64,000 nucleotides of DNA from Escherichia coli (GCF_003790525.1 NZ_CP033635.1), one strand, 5' to 3'; counted from the stretch's first letter, positions 1 through 10,886 are shown. The notes: generated by a model not told the origin, from the letters alone. Program-made: numbers and translations.

Positions 1-175
<175 letters not shown>

Positions 176-550
176 TAGCTATGTGGGTGGCTCATCGCTG
201 ACGGCATGTATGCGTAACAGAGCATCTGTATCATCCGTTTGACGTTTTCGTCGGCGATCCTGCCAGCTATTCGGACATCTTGTGAAACCCAAAGGCAGCG
301 GCTGACGAAGCTTATCCGGTATCCTCTCGCAACAAAGGTACATGTACCATCTACTTTTTGGGCGGCCATTGTCGACAGATTCTTAAGTAGAACAGCTAAG
401 TTTAGATTTAGGAAAAAGTTGTTAAAATCAAGCAAATACTTATCATCATCACTTGATTTCGTAAACGCAAAACTACGATACTATTAACAAATTCTTCTAT
501 GCATTCTTACCGAATGTTGGCGGTAGCGTGCTTAATCACTCGGATTTAGT

Positions 551-3500
551 ATGAAAAAAAATTCTTTAAATGTGATTTTGGATACTGTTTTCTCGGCGAA
601 AAGCATCAATGGTGAGAAATCTCATTCTTTTATATCGTATAAATTAGTTAAAGCTGTAGAAAATTTAAGTGGATATGACTTGGATCTTTTCCTCAATCGT
701 GCGATAAACCATCCTAACTTCCCTAGCAATATGGATTTTTCCTTACGAACAGTTTTTACAATTGAACAATCTAACACTATTGAATTTAAAAATTTCATTT
801 CAGAATTGGTGTGGTACAAGCATATTTTCATACGATATAAAAAACACCTTAATGATATATTATCGGCAAAGGCAAGACTTGAGAAGTTAGTTCTTTTCGC
901 AACAGGTAGTGAATGTATAAAATATTTAGATGAAATAGAAAGCTCTTATGGAGTTAGTTTTTGGAGCATTGATGCTCGTCTCTTAATAAATAAAGTTTTG
1001 CTTAACGAAAGCAATGGGTTATATGTTAAATCAATTCTATCTAAAACCCACTATAAACTTACAGAGTTTATGTTACAGCAGCTATTATTTAAGCATCAAG
1101 TACATAACTTTGATGATTTTTCAAAGAACCTTATAAAAATACTAGATGATATGCGCACCACTCAAGATAATGGGTATGCTAGAAATTTAGCTGATGGTAT
1201 TTCATCCTTTTTAATACCTTTAGAGTTTGATAAAAATATAGATCTCAAAAATAGAACCTTAGCACCATTTACCAACCTTCCTTTAATAGATCAATTTATC
1301 ATATTCCAGAGAACTATAAGCGATTTACAACTTCATGGAAATGGTTTAAGAAATAGCGAGTTAAGCTTAATTGCAGAAATTAACAGCTTTATTAAAAATA
1401 ACTATCTCAACAATATTTTAGATGGAAGAGAGCGTAATATAGAGAATATTGATGAACACTATAAAAGTGTTATTCGACGTTATACTATAGGTGATTATAC
1501 TGGGTGTATTTCAGAAATAAATTCAGTTCGAACGCAGAAGACAATTTTGCCATTAATTGAAATATATGCAAAATCCCATGTGTATCTTGATAAGAAAATT
1601 TCAGACTCATGCATATTCAATAAATTAACAAACTGGCTTATAGCAATTATAAAATGCGACAGACGCGCTGGAAAATACATCGATGAATTTGAACTTTTAG
1701 CATCTAAGATATATTTCAATTCAAATTCATCCTCTCTATTCTTCACATTATATAATTTAATAAGTGATAACCATAATAAATTAAACATATCTCGTATAAA
1801 TCTAACCAAAAATGGTTCCTTTGTAACATCCCTTCATTTGAATATAACAATCAAGGAACTATGGACTGAACTTGGAATAAAAGAGAATGAGATACCAAAA
1901 TATCGATTATTTAAATTCAAAGACCTAGCAAATCTATCCTTTGATGAAATCAAAAAACACTACGAAGTATACAATGATAATGTAATAATTCGCTCTGAAT
2001 ATTTAAAAGATTATACTAACTTTTTATTAGAAAATGAAAAGTATGAATTATGCATCCAATTTATAGCTGAAAACTGCATCGGCAACCCCGCAAATTATTA
2101 CTACTTCCCAATCCGAAAAATAATTGATTTTGTAAAAGACAATATTTTTGACTATGCAAGCGTGGCCTTATCTATATTGATAGATATTTTTGTCAAAAGC
2201 ACATCAAACACTTCAAATGAGCTTCTTCTCGAAAGTTATGAGAGTTTAGTAGATATTTCAAATATTAATAGGCCATCTACCCATTATTGCTCTAAGCAAT
2301 TAACTCCATTAGAGCACTATTTCCTTAAGTTTATCTGTATACCTTCCGTGATGGATTCAGACCCTTCATTCACAGGCACGGACGACTTGAAGAAGGAAAG
2401 AATTGCTATTATAGATCTATTATTAAAAGAACACGATGATGCAGATTTATTGAAAGAGAAAGACGAAATTATAGATGAAATATCATTCGAAGAAATAAAA
2501 ACAAAATATGAGACAGGAAAAATATTTGTTGATATAGAAAATTTAAAACGGGCAAAGCTTGAAAGATACAGATATTATTTTGATGCACTTAAGGATTCGC
2601 TTATTCTCGGACTAGAACCACCTGAAGACTTTGCTTTAATTACAGACGATGGGAATATCACAGCCATTCCATCTGGCGATACAAACTCTATAATCCATGA
2701 ACTTCTAAAAGAACTAATCTCCGATTTTGTTAAAAATGAAAATTACGGTCTTGATAAATATTTGAGTGCAGATATACGGCATGGTGTTTTTGAAAATCAA
2801 CTCAGATCAAGTGCTGAAAAATCGCAATTAATAACTGATATGGATGGTACTGGACAGTATTCGAAAAGCAATTTAATTATTGAGACATATCCATTAATTA
2901 ACCCTATTATAAATAACGAAATAGGGACAGCAATAGCTGATTTCTCTTATCACTTTGACATTGAATTGGCTAAAGCCAATTCCTGGTTCAATGTCAAGAC
3001 AATGCTCATAAGTGAATCACAGCAAGGTATGATTGATTTCCTCATTTCTGTTGATATGTTTAATTCATTTAAAGCAGCAGTTTCAAATCAAGCATCTTTT
3101 GAGAAGTTTTTTGACGCTTGTATTAACTTCATGTGGGAAAGAACGTTCAGATGTTTGAATGATATTAAAGAGCGATTGCATTACGAATTTAAGAGGAATA
3201 TTTTAGATTTAATTGCCACTCTTAGGCATCAAATTGATATCTATAGAAGACGTAGTTCCATGAGAGAAATCCAGGAGAAAATTGACCTCTTGGCCGAAAG
3301 CATTAATAAAGAAATTGCAACAGTCTGCGATTGGTTAAATGTACTTGAGTATAACGAGGAGAAAATATATAAAATATCATCCGTGATGCAGGCATGTAGG
3401 AAAACTTTTTTTAATATACACCATTGTTCTGATGATGCTATCGTTTTTGATTCAATGTATCATGATGATGAACCAAAATTATCTTATAAAGAAGCCAAGC

Positions 3501-3826
3501 CTCTAATCACATCAATAATAACAGCGTTAAACAATGCTATGGCCTATGGTAATAAAAAAATCTTTATCAGTATTAAGCCTGAAGAAAAGTCATGGAAAAT
3601 AACCATCAGAAATTTGATAATTGAGACAAAGAACAGAACTACCAACCAAATTTTACAAGAGATTGATGATAAAATAAAACGAGGGGATAATAGTCTAAAT
3701 ATAAAAGAAGGCGGAGCTGGAATATATAAAATATATGATTTATTATGTTCATTACCGCAAAGATTTAATGTGAATCATTGCATCCAAAATAACGAATTCA
3801 TTTTAAATATTGAGATAAAGAAATGA
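551..3826 (+). CDS. Large sensor protein with C-terminal histidine-kinase-like ATPase core (Detocs DtcA-like); N-terminal ~850 aa of unknown, probably helical-repeat, sensing function
   Basis: 1091-aa ORF, strongly AT-rich. C-terminus carries an N-box-like motif (ITALNNAMAYGN, compare EnvZ NAARYGNG) and a G2-like GGAGIY motif; a candidate H-box (ERLHYEFKRNILDL) lies ~100 aa upstream. Stop overlaps next start (ATGA at 3823-3826). Confidence 0.6.
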   Translation: MKKNSLNVILDTVFSAKSINGEKSHSFISYKLVKAVENLSGYDLDLFLNRAINHPNFPSNMDFSLRTVFTIEQSNTIEFKNFISELVWYKHIFIRYKKHLNDILSAKARLEKLVLFATGSECIKYLDEIESSYGVSFWSIDARLLINKVLLNESNGLYVKSILSKTHYKLTEFMLQQLLFKHQVHNFDDFSKNLIKILDDMRTTQDNGYARNLADGISSFLIPLEFDKNIDLKNRTLAPFTNLPLIDQFIIFQRTISDLQLHGNGLRNSELSLIAEINSFIKNNYLNNILDGRERNIENIDEHYKSVIRRYTIGDYTGCISEINSVRTQKTILPLIEIYAKSHVYLDKKISDSCIFNKLTNWLIAIIKCDRRAGKYIDEFELLASKIYFNSNSSSLFFTLYNLISDNHNKLNISRINLTKNGSFVTSLHLNITIKELWTELGIKENEIPKYRLFKFKDLANLSFDEIKKHYEVYNDNVIIRSEYLKDYTNFLLENEKYELCIQFIAENCIGNPANYYYFPIRKIIDFVKDNIFDYASVALSILIDIFVKSTSNTSNELLLESYESLVDISNINRPSTHYCSKQLTPLEHYFLKFICIPSVMDSDPSFTGTDDLKKERIAIIDLLLKEHDDADLLKEKDEIIDEISFEEIKTKYETGKIFVDIENLKRAKLERYRYYFDALKDSLILGLEPPEDFALITDDGNITAIPSGDTNSIIHELLKELISDFVKNENYGLDKYLSADIRHGVFENQLRSSAEKSQLITDMDGTGQYSKSNLIIETYPLINPIINNEIGTAIADFSYHFDIELAKANSWFNVKTMLISESQQGMIDFLISVDMFNSFKAAVSNQASFEKFFDACINFMWERTFRCLNDIKERLHYEFKRNILDLIATLRHQIDIYRRRSSMREIQEKIDLLAESINKEIATVCDWLNVLEYNEEKIYKISSVMQACRKTFFNIHHCSDDAIVFDSMYHDDEPKLSYKEAKPLITSIITALNNAMAYGNKKIFISIKPEEKSWKITIRNLIIETKNRTTNQILQEIDDKIKRGDNSLNIKEGGAGIYKIYDLLCSLPQRFNVNHCIQNNEFILNIEIKK

Positions 3827-4272
3827 AAATTCTTCTTGTTGAGGATATTGAATATAAGCGTGATAAGGTGATCGGTTTACTAGAGTCTATTTCTGCCGAT
3901 GTATCAGTCGATGTAGCTAAATCTTATGTTTCGGCAGTAAATTCCGCAACCAGTAAAACTTATGATCTTATAATATTAGATATGAGCCTTCCCACTTACG
4001 ATAAGGGGCCTAATGAAAATGGAGGTCGCTTCAGAGTGTACGGAGGGAAAGATATTATTCGCAAGTTAATGAGAGGAAAAGAGCATCCAGTAGTTGTGGT
4101 TTTAACACAACATACAACTTTTGGTGAAATTGGTGAGCAAAAAAATACTGACACTCTATCACAAGAGTTGAATGCTTTAATGGGATCAAAATTTATAGGT
4201 ATTGTAAAATATGACTCAACTAAACCTCAATGGAAAGATGAAATAAAAAAAGTCGTACAGGATTTGTTATGA
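3823..4272 (+). CDS. Stand-alone receiver (REC) domain protein (Detocs DtcB-like)
   Basis: 149 aa; KILLVEDIE N-terminal acidic pocket, YDLIILDMSLP with candidate phospho-acceptor Asp53, downstream VVVLT. Start and stop are coupled by ATGA overlaps to both neighbours. Confidence 0.6.
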   Translation: MKILLVEDIEYKRDKVIGLLESISADVSVDVAKSYVSAVNSATSKTYDLIILDMSLPTYDKGPNENGGRFRVYGGKDIIRKLMRGKEHPVVVVLTQHTTFGEIGEQKNTDTLSQELNALMGSKFIGIVKYDSTKPQWKDEIKKVVQDLL

Positions 4273-5432
4273 TTAAAATATTAATAGTTGATGACAATAA
4301 ATCTAGAATTGAAAAGCTAAAATCTAGCTTAACTGAACTCATCACAAAAAACATGATAAGGATTGATGAGAAATATACAAGTGACGCCGCAAAAATCGCG
4401 CTCAAGTTAAATCAATATGATTATTTAATTCTTGATGTCTTTTTACCTAAAAAAGATAACTATAGCCCAGATGAAAGAAATGGATTAGGTCTTTTAAAAC
4501 AAATAAATTCAGATTCTAAATTTTACTCTCCAAAAAAAATAGTTGGCATAACTGCATATCTGAATGATATATCCAGATATGAATCCGAATTCAGAGAATA
4601 TGCTTCAATTATATTCGAGGCTCGACGTAATGATACTGGATGGCTTGAATCACTCAAAAAAATCATTGAAAAGGATGTTGAATCTCAAGTAAGTTATAAT
4701 CTCAATGAAAAAGATAGTGTTTTAATAACAGTACACGGTATAAGAACCTACGCACCTTGGCAAAATACCATAGAAGAAAAAATAACCAATATATCAAATA
4801 AATTTAACTATATAAAATTCAATTATGGTTTTCTAAATATTCTTTGTTTTTTATTCCCTCCGACTAGACATCTATTTGCAAGAAAAATAATCCAAGACAT
4901 ACGAATTACAGTGGAATCAAATAAGAATAAAAGAATTTATATTATTTGTCATAGTTTTGGTACCTACCTTGTATATTGTGCCTTAAGTAAACTGACACAT
5001 ACGGATGCAAAAATTGAATGTTTAATTTTTTCTGGTAGCGTATTAAAACGTACTACCTCATTGAAAACATTAAAGCAACATTGTAATGCAATAATAAATG
5101 ACTGTGCTGTAAGTGATTATATTTTATTACTATGTAAAATGTTAGTCATTGGCTTGGGCGATGCAGGCAGAAAAGGGTTTATTGAGCCAAATGATGGTGT
5201 TTTCATTAACCGCTATTTTAAAGGAGGACATTCAACTTACTTCGAAGATAAAGATTTCATAGAAGTGAACTGGCTTCCTTTAATTTTTGACAATAAAAAT
5301 ATCGCGTCACGAGATGAAAGAAAAAATCATATTTTTTCCGATGTCACCAATGCTTTGCAAAATATAATTGAATATTTAAAAATACCAATATGGTTATTTT
5401 TTTCTTTTTTATTGATAGCACTGGTATTATAA
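4269..5432 (+). CDS. Receiver (REC) domain fused to predicted alpha/beta serine hydrolase (lipase/esterase-like) with C-terminal transmembrane anchor (Detocs DtcC-like effector, non-PNP)
   Basis: 387 aa; N-terminal REC (KILIVDDN, YDYLILDVFLP Asp56). C-terminal part has VLITVHGIRT (oxyanion-hole-like HG), nucleophile elbow ICHSFG (Ser229, nt 4953-4955), later GGHSTYF (candidate catalytic His) and a hydrophobic tail IPIWLFFSFLLIALVL. Confidence 0.6.
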   Translation: MIKILIVDDNKSRIEKLKSSLTELITKNMIRIDEKYTSDAAKIALKLNQYDYLILDVFLPKKDNYSPDERNGLGLLKQINSDSKFYSPKKIVGITAYLNDISRYESEFREYASIIFEARRNDTGWLESLKKIIEKDVESQVSYNLNEKDSVLITVHGIRTYAPWQNTIEEKITNISNKFNYIKFNYGFLNILCFLFPPTRHLFARKIIQDIRITVESNKNKRIYIICHSFGTYLVYCALSKLTHTDAKIECLIFSGSVLKRTTSLKTLKQHCNAIINDCAVSDYILLLCKMLVIGLGDAGRKGFIEPNDGVFINRYFKGGHSTYFEDKDFIEVNWLPLIFDNKNIASRDERKNHIFSDVTNALQNIIEYLKIPIWLFFSFLLIALVL

Positions 5433-5458
5433 TATCACTGCACATTAAAAATCATATT

Positions 5459-5484
5459 GGAGCTTCCCTCATAAAGCTCCAATA
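5459..5484 (+). terminator. Candidate stem-loop downstream of the three-gene operon
   Basis: GGAGCTT-ccctcat-AAGCTCC inverted repeat 27 nt after the stop at 5432; no clear T-run. Confidence 0.3.
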
Positions 5485-5911
5485 TAAAACACCATCATTT
5501 CAATAGTACCTGCAGCTAATTAAAACTAGTCAACCGAAAAAATTAATCACTTTAAACTTTAGTATGCACTTATACTTTCTTAATAATAGAAAAACACTTA
5601 CAAATAAATTAATCATGTCAATCTCCGTAACTACAACCTCGGAAAGTATGTAAACAGGAATCATTACTGAAAAAAACACGATTTCAGCAGAATTCTAGAA
5701 ATATCCTGTGCTGCTGCCGATACCAACTTTCGTATATACTACCCTTCACGTTCCTTCTCGTTTTTATAAAACTATTCATTTATAACTATCAATAGGCATC
5801 ATAACCAATGTAAGTGTAAGTACTGGTGAACGAGTGTCAATGGAGTTAAAAGTATCACTTCATCCTGCTAAATATAAGTTATCCTACGTTTTAATATACT
5901 AGAACTCAAAA

Positions 5912-6877
5912 TTAGAATGGTTTGTTAATATTAATAGATTTACCATTGATATCTTTTGACACCTTAAAAAAATCTATACCTTTTATCCACTGACATAACT
6001 GTTGTAGTGTTTCCATTGCCTGTTCTAACTCATTTTTTTCAATTCTAACGCCCCCATGATGGCTACAGGAATTTAATAATTCCTGAGCTAGAGTGATGTC
6101 ATTCTTCAGCTTATTAGGCAGACCGAGAAAATTAATCACCCTCGACAAACTCCCAAGCATTAACTTTTGATAGTCTTCTTCAAATTCCTTTTCAGCCCTA
6201 ATATTTACTAACATCAAAACATACTCAAGATAACGCCGTGCTGTATTTCCCTTTTCTTGTAACGCATCTCTATCATACTCTTTAATATCACTCAATTCCT
6301 GTAGTAGAAAATCAAACTTAGCTATTGCCAAGTTAAGATTGATGTTATGCATTAGCAATTCGGATGCATGATTGCTAACAGGTACACGATTTGGTGGACG
6401 TATCATTATAGCCGTCGTGTAACAATTTATATTTGGTATCTGTATAAATTCCTCACCGGAACGCGTAACACGTTGAACTTCTACCATATAGTGGCCAAAT
6501 TTATCAATCTCATATGACCGACAACGAGCAGAATATAATTTATTTAGCTTTTTCCTGTCTTGATAATATGATTTTATTAATACAAAAAATGCTCTTTCGT
6601 GCTCAATAATTAAAATAGTCTCTATTGAAGCATGGTACAACCATCCGTTATTCCATGTTAATTCAAGCTGTCTATTTCCATCTTTAAAATCAATTTTAGT
6701 TATACGATCCCAACTTCCTCTATCAATAAAATCGACAATATTGCGCCCAAATCCTTGATAGTTATTTTTAACAATGTGCAATAGTACTGCCTTTATTTTA
6801 TCCCAATCATGAATTTCTTTTTCATATTCACCATTTAATATATTCGTTAAATCACTGTGAAAATTTTCATATGTCAT
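5912..6877 (-). CDS. Hypothetical protein (island cargo, no recognisable motifs)
   Basis: 321-aa ORF with ATG at 6877, AT-rich like the neighbouring operon, directly downstream of the integrase on the same strand. Confidence 0.55.
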   Translation of the reverse strand: MTYENFHSDLTNILNGEYEKEIHDWDKIKAVLLHIVKNNYQGFGRNIVDFIDRGSWDRITKIDFKDGNRQLELTWNNGWLYHASIETILIIEHERAFFVLIKSYYQDRKKLNKLYSARCRSYEIDKFGHYMVEVQRVTRSGEEFIQIPNINCYTTAIMIRPPNRVPVSNHASELLMHNINLNLAIAKFDFLLQELSDIKEYDRDALQEKGNTARRYLEYVLMLVNIRAEKEFEEDYQKLMLGSLSRVINFLGLPNKLKNDITLAQELLNSCSHHGGVRIEKNELEQAMETLQQLCQWIKGIDFFKVSKDINGKSININKPF

Positions 6878-6978
6878 AAGTATCTCTTTTTAGATAAAAT
6901 TGGATTTCGACAAGTAGACGTTGATAACAACAAGACTGGTTAGATAATTTAATCATTGATGCAACGTTTAGCGTTGAA

Positions 6979-8163
6979 TCAATTGACATCATTACCAATT
7001 CTTCCAATGCAATCAGCATACCACTGCATCATCTCCCTCCGCCCTTCCAGATACAAAGCATGGTTGTACGTCCCACGAATCGCATTCTTATCGACATGCG
7101 CAAGCTGGGTTTCAATCCATGCCGTATTGAACCCTTCCTCGTGCAAAATCGTACTCATCGTGTGACGGAAACCATGCCCCGTTACCTTCCCCGTATACCC
7201 AATCCGTTTGAATACCTGATTCATACTCGCTTCACTCATCGTCTTGCGGGGATCATTTCGCCCTGGGAATACCAGTGGATATTGCCCAGATATCACCTTG
7301 AGTTGTTGTACGATTTCCAGCGCTTGGGTAGATAGGGGGACAAGGTGAGGCCGTTTCATCTTCATACGCTCTGCAGGTATTTCCCACACTGCTTTTTCAA
7401 GATCAAACTCACTCCAGAAAGCACCTCGTAGCTCGCCAGTACGAACTCCTGTAAGGATCAGCAGACGAGCGGCAAGAACAACTAACGGGCTTCCTGTGTA
7501 GCCTGCGAGAGCTTTAAAGAAGTCTGGTAACTCCTCAACAGTAAGGAAGGGATAATGCTTCGATTCATGCCCTGACATTGCGCTGGTTAGATCCGCTGCA
7601 GGATTGTATTCCGCACGACCGGTAACGATGGCGTAACGAAAGACTTCACTGCAACGCTGGCGAACCTTCTTGGCCTTCTCTGTCGCGCCACGGCTTTCCA
7701 TTCGACGTAGCACATTCAGCAGAACCAAAGGCTTGATGTCATTCACCGGCAGTTGGCCAATATAAGGGAAAATATCTTTATTGAAGGCTTCGATAATGTC
7801 GGAGGCATAACCTTCTGACCACCGGCTCACCTTCGTTCCGTGCCATTCAAGTGCCACAGCCTGAAACGTATTATTGAGCTGCACATCGCGAACCAACTTT
7901 TCTTCTTTCTTGGCAAACGATGGGTCGATACCTTCGGCCAGCTTTTTCTTGGCTTCATCACGCAGTGCCCTCGCTTGTGCAAGGGACACTGCCGGATAGA
8001 CACCAAAAGCCATACGTTTCTCTTTTCCATTGAAGCGATATTTCATCCGCCAGTATCGAGAACCAGAAGGAACAACTTCAAGATACAAGCCTGCACCATC
8101 TGCTAGCTTGTAGGCTTTCTCTCTGGGTTTAGCAGCATCTACCTGTCGAGCATTAAGCTTCAT
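6979..8163 (-). CDS. Site-specific tyrosine integrase, P4-like family
   Basis: N-terminus MKLNARQVDAAKPREKAYKLADGAGLYLEVVPSGSRYWRMKYRFNGKEKRMAFGVYP is typical of P4-type integrases; C-terminus has GHGFRHT and LAHVDKN...RGTYNH catalytic-region motifs. Start placed at ATG 8163 (AGGGAG 9 nt upstream); lies 164 bp from the tRNA 3' end. Confidence 0.9.
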   Translation of the reverse strand: MKLNARQVDAAKPREKAYKLADGAGLYLEVVPSGSRYWRMKYRFNGKEKRMAFGVYPAVSLAQARALRDEAKKKLAEGIDPSFAKKEEKLVRDVQLNNTFQAVALEWHGTKVSRWSEGYASDIIEAFNKDIFPYIGQLPVNDIKPLVLLNVLRRMESRGATEKAKKVRQRCSEVFRYAIVTGRAEYNPAADLTSAMSGHESKHYPFLTVEELPDFFKALAGYTGSPLVVLAARLLILTGVRTGELRGAFWSEFDLEKAVWEIPAERMKMKRPHLVPLSTQALEIVQQLKVISGQYPLVFPGRNDPRKTMSEASMNQVFKRIGYTGKVTGHGFRHTMSTILHEEGFNTAWIETQLAHVDKNAIRGTYNHALYLEGRREMMQWYADCIGRIGNDVN

Positions 8164-8326
8164 TGGGGGCATCTCCCTGGACCGAACACAGAATGCCCCC
8201 ACTTATGCCCCCAACTGCGACTTGATTTCGGTTGAGTCCAGTTGATAACAGGAGATAAGATACGGGCCAGAAACCGCAGTATACGGGCTTTTAGTTGATT
8301 TCGGTAGACTTGGGAAGAGTTTGAAA

Positions 8327-8402
8327 TGGTGCCGATAATAGGAGTCGAACCTACGACCTTCGCATTACGAATGCGCTGCTCTACCAACTGAGCTATATCG
8401 GC
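8327..8402 (-). tRNA. thrW: tRNA-Thr (anticodon CGU)
   Basis: 76-nt minus-strand sequence GCCGATATAGCTCAGTTGGTAGAGCAGCGCATTCGTAATGCGAAGGTCGTAGGTTCGACTCCTATTATCGGCACCA folds as a cloverleaf with anticodon loop TTCGTAA and CCA end. Confidence 0.9.
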
Positions 8403-8517
8403 CCTGAAAGGACATGATTCACGAACGTGAATCACGGTGGACAAGGTTAAAACTAACCGGGCGATGCGTCAATGGCCTTGTGAATCAAATGGCTACTTTT
8501 GCATCACCCGGTTTTAT

Positions 8518-9771
8518 TTACGCACGAATGGTGTAATCACCAATGCCGATCCACTTGTAAGTGGTCAGTGCTTCCAGGCCCATCGGGCCACGCGCGTGGA
8601 GTTTTTGTGTGCTTACCGCCACTTCCGCTCCCAGACCAAACTGGCCGCCATCGGTAAAACGCGTAGAGGCGTTAACGTAAACAGCGGATGAATCTACTTC
8701 ATTAACAAAACGCTGGGCGTTGCGCATATCGCGGGTCAGGATCGCATCGGAGTGTTGCGTGCCGTGTTCACGAATATGGGCGATAGCATCGTCAAGATCG
8801 CTGACGATTTTGACGTTCAAGTCTAATGACAGGAACTCATCGTCATACTCTTCGGCTTTAACAGCCACCACCTTCGCGGGGCCTGCCTGCAATTGCGCCA
8901 GCGCAGCAGCATCTGCGTGTAACGTCACGCCACTTTCCGCCATTTGCTTGCTTAATGCGGGCAGGAAGCTATCTGCGATGTTTTTATTTACCAGCAACGT
9001 TTCTACCGTATTACACGTGCTCGGGCGCTGAGTTTTCGCGTTGACAATCACTTTCAATGCTTCAGCGATCTCTGCACTTTCATCAACGTAAATATGGCAT
9101 ACGCCTATACCACCTGTGATTACCGGAATCGTCGACTGCTCGCGGCACAGTTTATGCAACCCAGCCCCGCCGCGTGGAATCAGCATGTCGATGTATTTAT
9201 CCATACGCAGCATTTCACTGACCAGCGCGCGGTCAGGATTATCAATCGCCTGTACTGCGCCTGCCGGTAAATCGCAGGATTTCAGGGCGTCCTGAATCAC
9301 CGCCACCGTTGCAGCGTTAGTGCGACAGGTTTCTTTGCCACCACGCAGGATCACTGCGTTACCGGTTTTCAGGCACAGCGAAGCGACATCTACTGTCACG
9401 TTCGGGCGAGCTTCATAAATCACGCCAATCACCCCCAGCGGTACGCGACGACGCTCCAGACGCAGACCGCTGTCCAGCACACCACCATCAATCACCTGCC
9501 CCACCGGATCGGCGAGGTTGCACACCTGGCGCACATCATCGGCAATGCCTTTCAGCCGTGCGGGCGTCAGTGCCAGACGGTCAAGCATCGCTTCGCTAAG
9601 GCCATTGGCACGCGCGTCAGCAACATCCTGGGCGTTAGCGTTGAGGATGATTTCGCTTTGTGCTTCCAGTTCATCGGCGATTTTTTCCAGCACGCGATTT
9701 TTTTCGCGGCTGGAGAGTTGCGCTAATTTATAAGAGGCTTGCTTCGCGGCAATGCCCATTTGTTCCAGCAT
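8518..9771 (-). CDS. proA: Gamma-glutamyl phosphate reductase
   Basis: 417-aa ORF; translation matches ProA from start ([25 protein letters not shown]...) to end. Confidence 0.95.
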   Translation of the reverse strand: MLEQMGIAAKQASYKLAQLSSREKNRVLEKIADELEAQSEIILNANAQDVADARANGLSEAMLDRLALTPARLKGIADDVRQVCNLADPVGQVIDGGVLDSGLRLERRRVPLGVIGVIYEARPNVTVDVASLCLKTGNAVILRGGKETCRTNAATVAVIQDALKSCDLPAGAVQAIDNPDRALVSEMLRMDKYIDMLIPRGGAGLHKLCREQSTIPVITGGIGVCHIYVDESAEIAEALKVIVNAKTQRPSTCNTVETLLVNKNIADSFLPALSKQMAESGVTLHADAAALAQLQAGPAKVVAVKAEEYDDEFLSLDLNVKIVSDLDDAIAHIREHGTQHSDAILTRDMRNAQRFVNEVDSSAVYVNASTRFTDGGQFGLGAEVAVSTQKLHARGPMGLEALTTYKWIGIGDYTIRA

Positions 9772-9782
9772 CAGCCTGCTCC

Positions 9783-10886
9783 TTAACGGGTAATCATGTC
9801 ATCACGGTGAACGGCAACCGGGCCGTATTCATATCCCAGTATTGCATCAATTTCTTGCGAGTGGTGTCCGGCAATACGGCGTAATGCATCGCTGTTGTAA
9901 CGACTGACACCGTGGGCGATATCGCGACCTTCGAGGTTGCAAATGCGGATGACTTCACCACGCGAGAAATTGCCAGTCACGCTTTTAATCCCTTTCGGCA
10001 ACAGGGAGCTGCCGCGTTCAAGAATGGCGGCAGTTGCCCCTTCATCTACCGTGATTTCACCCGCCGGCGGCGCACCGAAAATCCAGCGTTTACGGTTTTC
10101 AAGCGGAGTCGCCTGGGCATGGAACAGCGTACCCACGGAAATGCCTTCCATCACATCACCAATAACGCCCGGCTTGCTGCCCGCGGCAATAATGGTGTCG
10201 ATACCCGCACGGCAAGCCACGTCCGCGGCCTGCAATTTGGTACTCATGCCGCCAGTTCCGAGGCCTGAAACGCTGTCACCGGCAATCGCGCGCAGTGCGT
10301 CATCAATGCCGTAAACATCTTTAATCAGTTCTGCCTGCGGATTGCTGCGCGGGTCAGCGGTGTACAAACCTTTTTGATCGGTCAGCAGCAACAGTTTATC
10401 GGCACCCGCCAGAATCGCCGCCAGCGCAGAAAGGTTATCGTTATCACCGACCTTAATCTCTGCAGTAGCGACAGCATCGTTCTCATTGATTACCGGAACG
10501 ATATTGTTATCGAGCAACGCACGCAAGGTGTCGCGGGCGTTCAGGAAGCGTTCACGGTCTTCCATATCAGCACGGGTCAGCAGCATTTGCCCGACGTGAA
10601 TGCCATAAATAGAAAACAGCTGTTCCCATAGTTGAATCAGTCGACTCTGCCCTACCGCCGCCAGCAGTTGTTTCGAGGCGATAGTCGCTGGCAGTTCCGG
10701 GTAACCCAGGTGCTCACGTCCGGCGGCGATCGCGCCCGACGTCACAATAACAATCCGATGCCCGGCGGCATGTAACTGCGCGCACTGGCGAACAAGTTCA
10801 ACGATATGGGCACGGTTCAGACGGCGCGATCCGCCTGTTAGCACACTGGTGCCGAGTTTTACCACCAGCGTCTGGCTGTCACTCAT
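9783..10886 (-). CDS. proB: Glutamate 5-kinase
   Basis: Translation from internal ATG ([19 protein letters not shown]...) gives 367 aa matching ProB; the ORF track start at 10973 is an upstream extension. Confidence 0.95.

Noticed and set aside
8160-8444. 94-aa minus-strand ORF overlapping the tRNA
   Set aside because: It is read through the tRNA-Thr gene and the integrase upstream region; the tRNA call explains the sequence.
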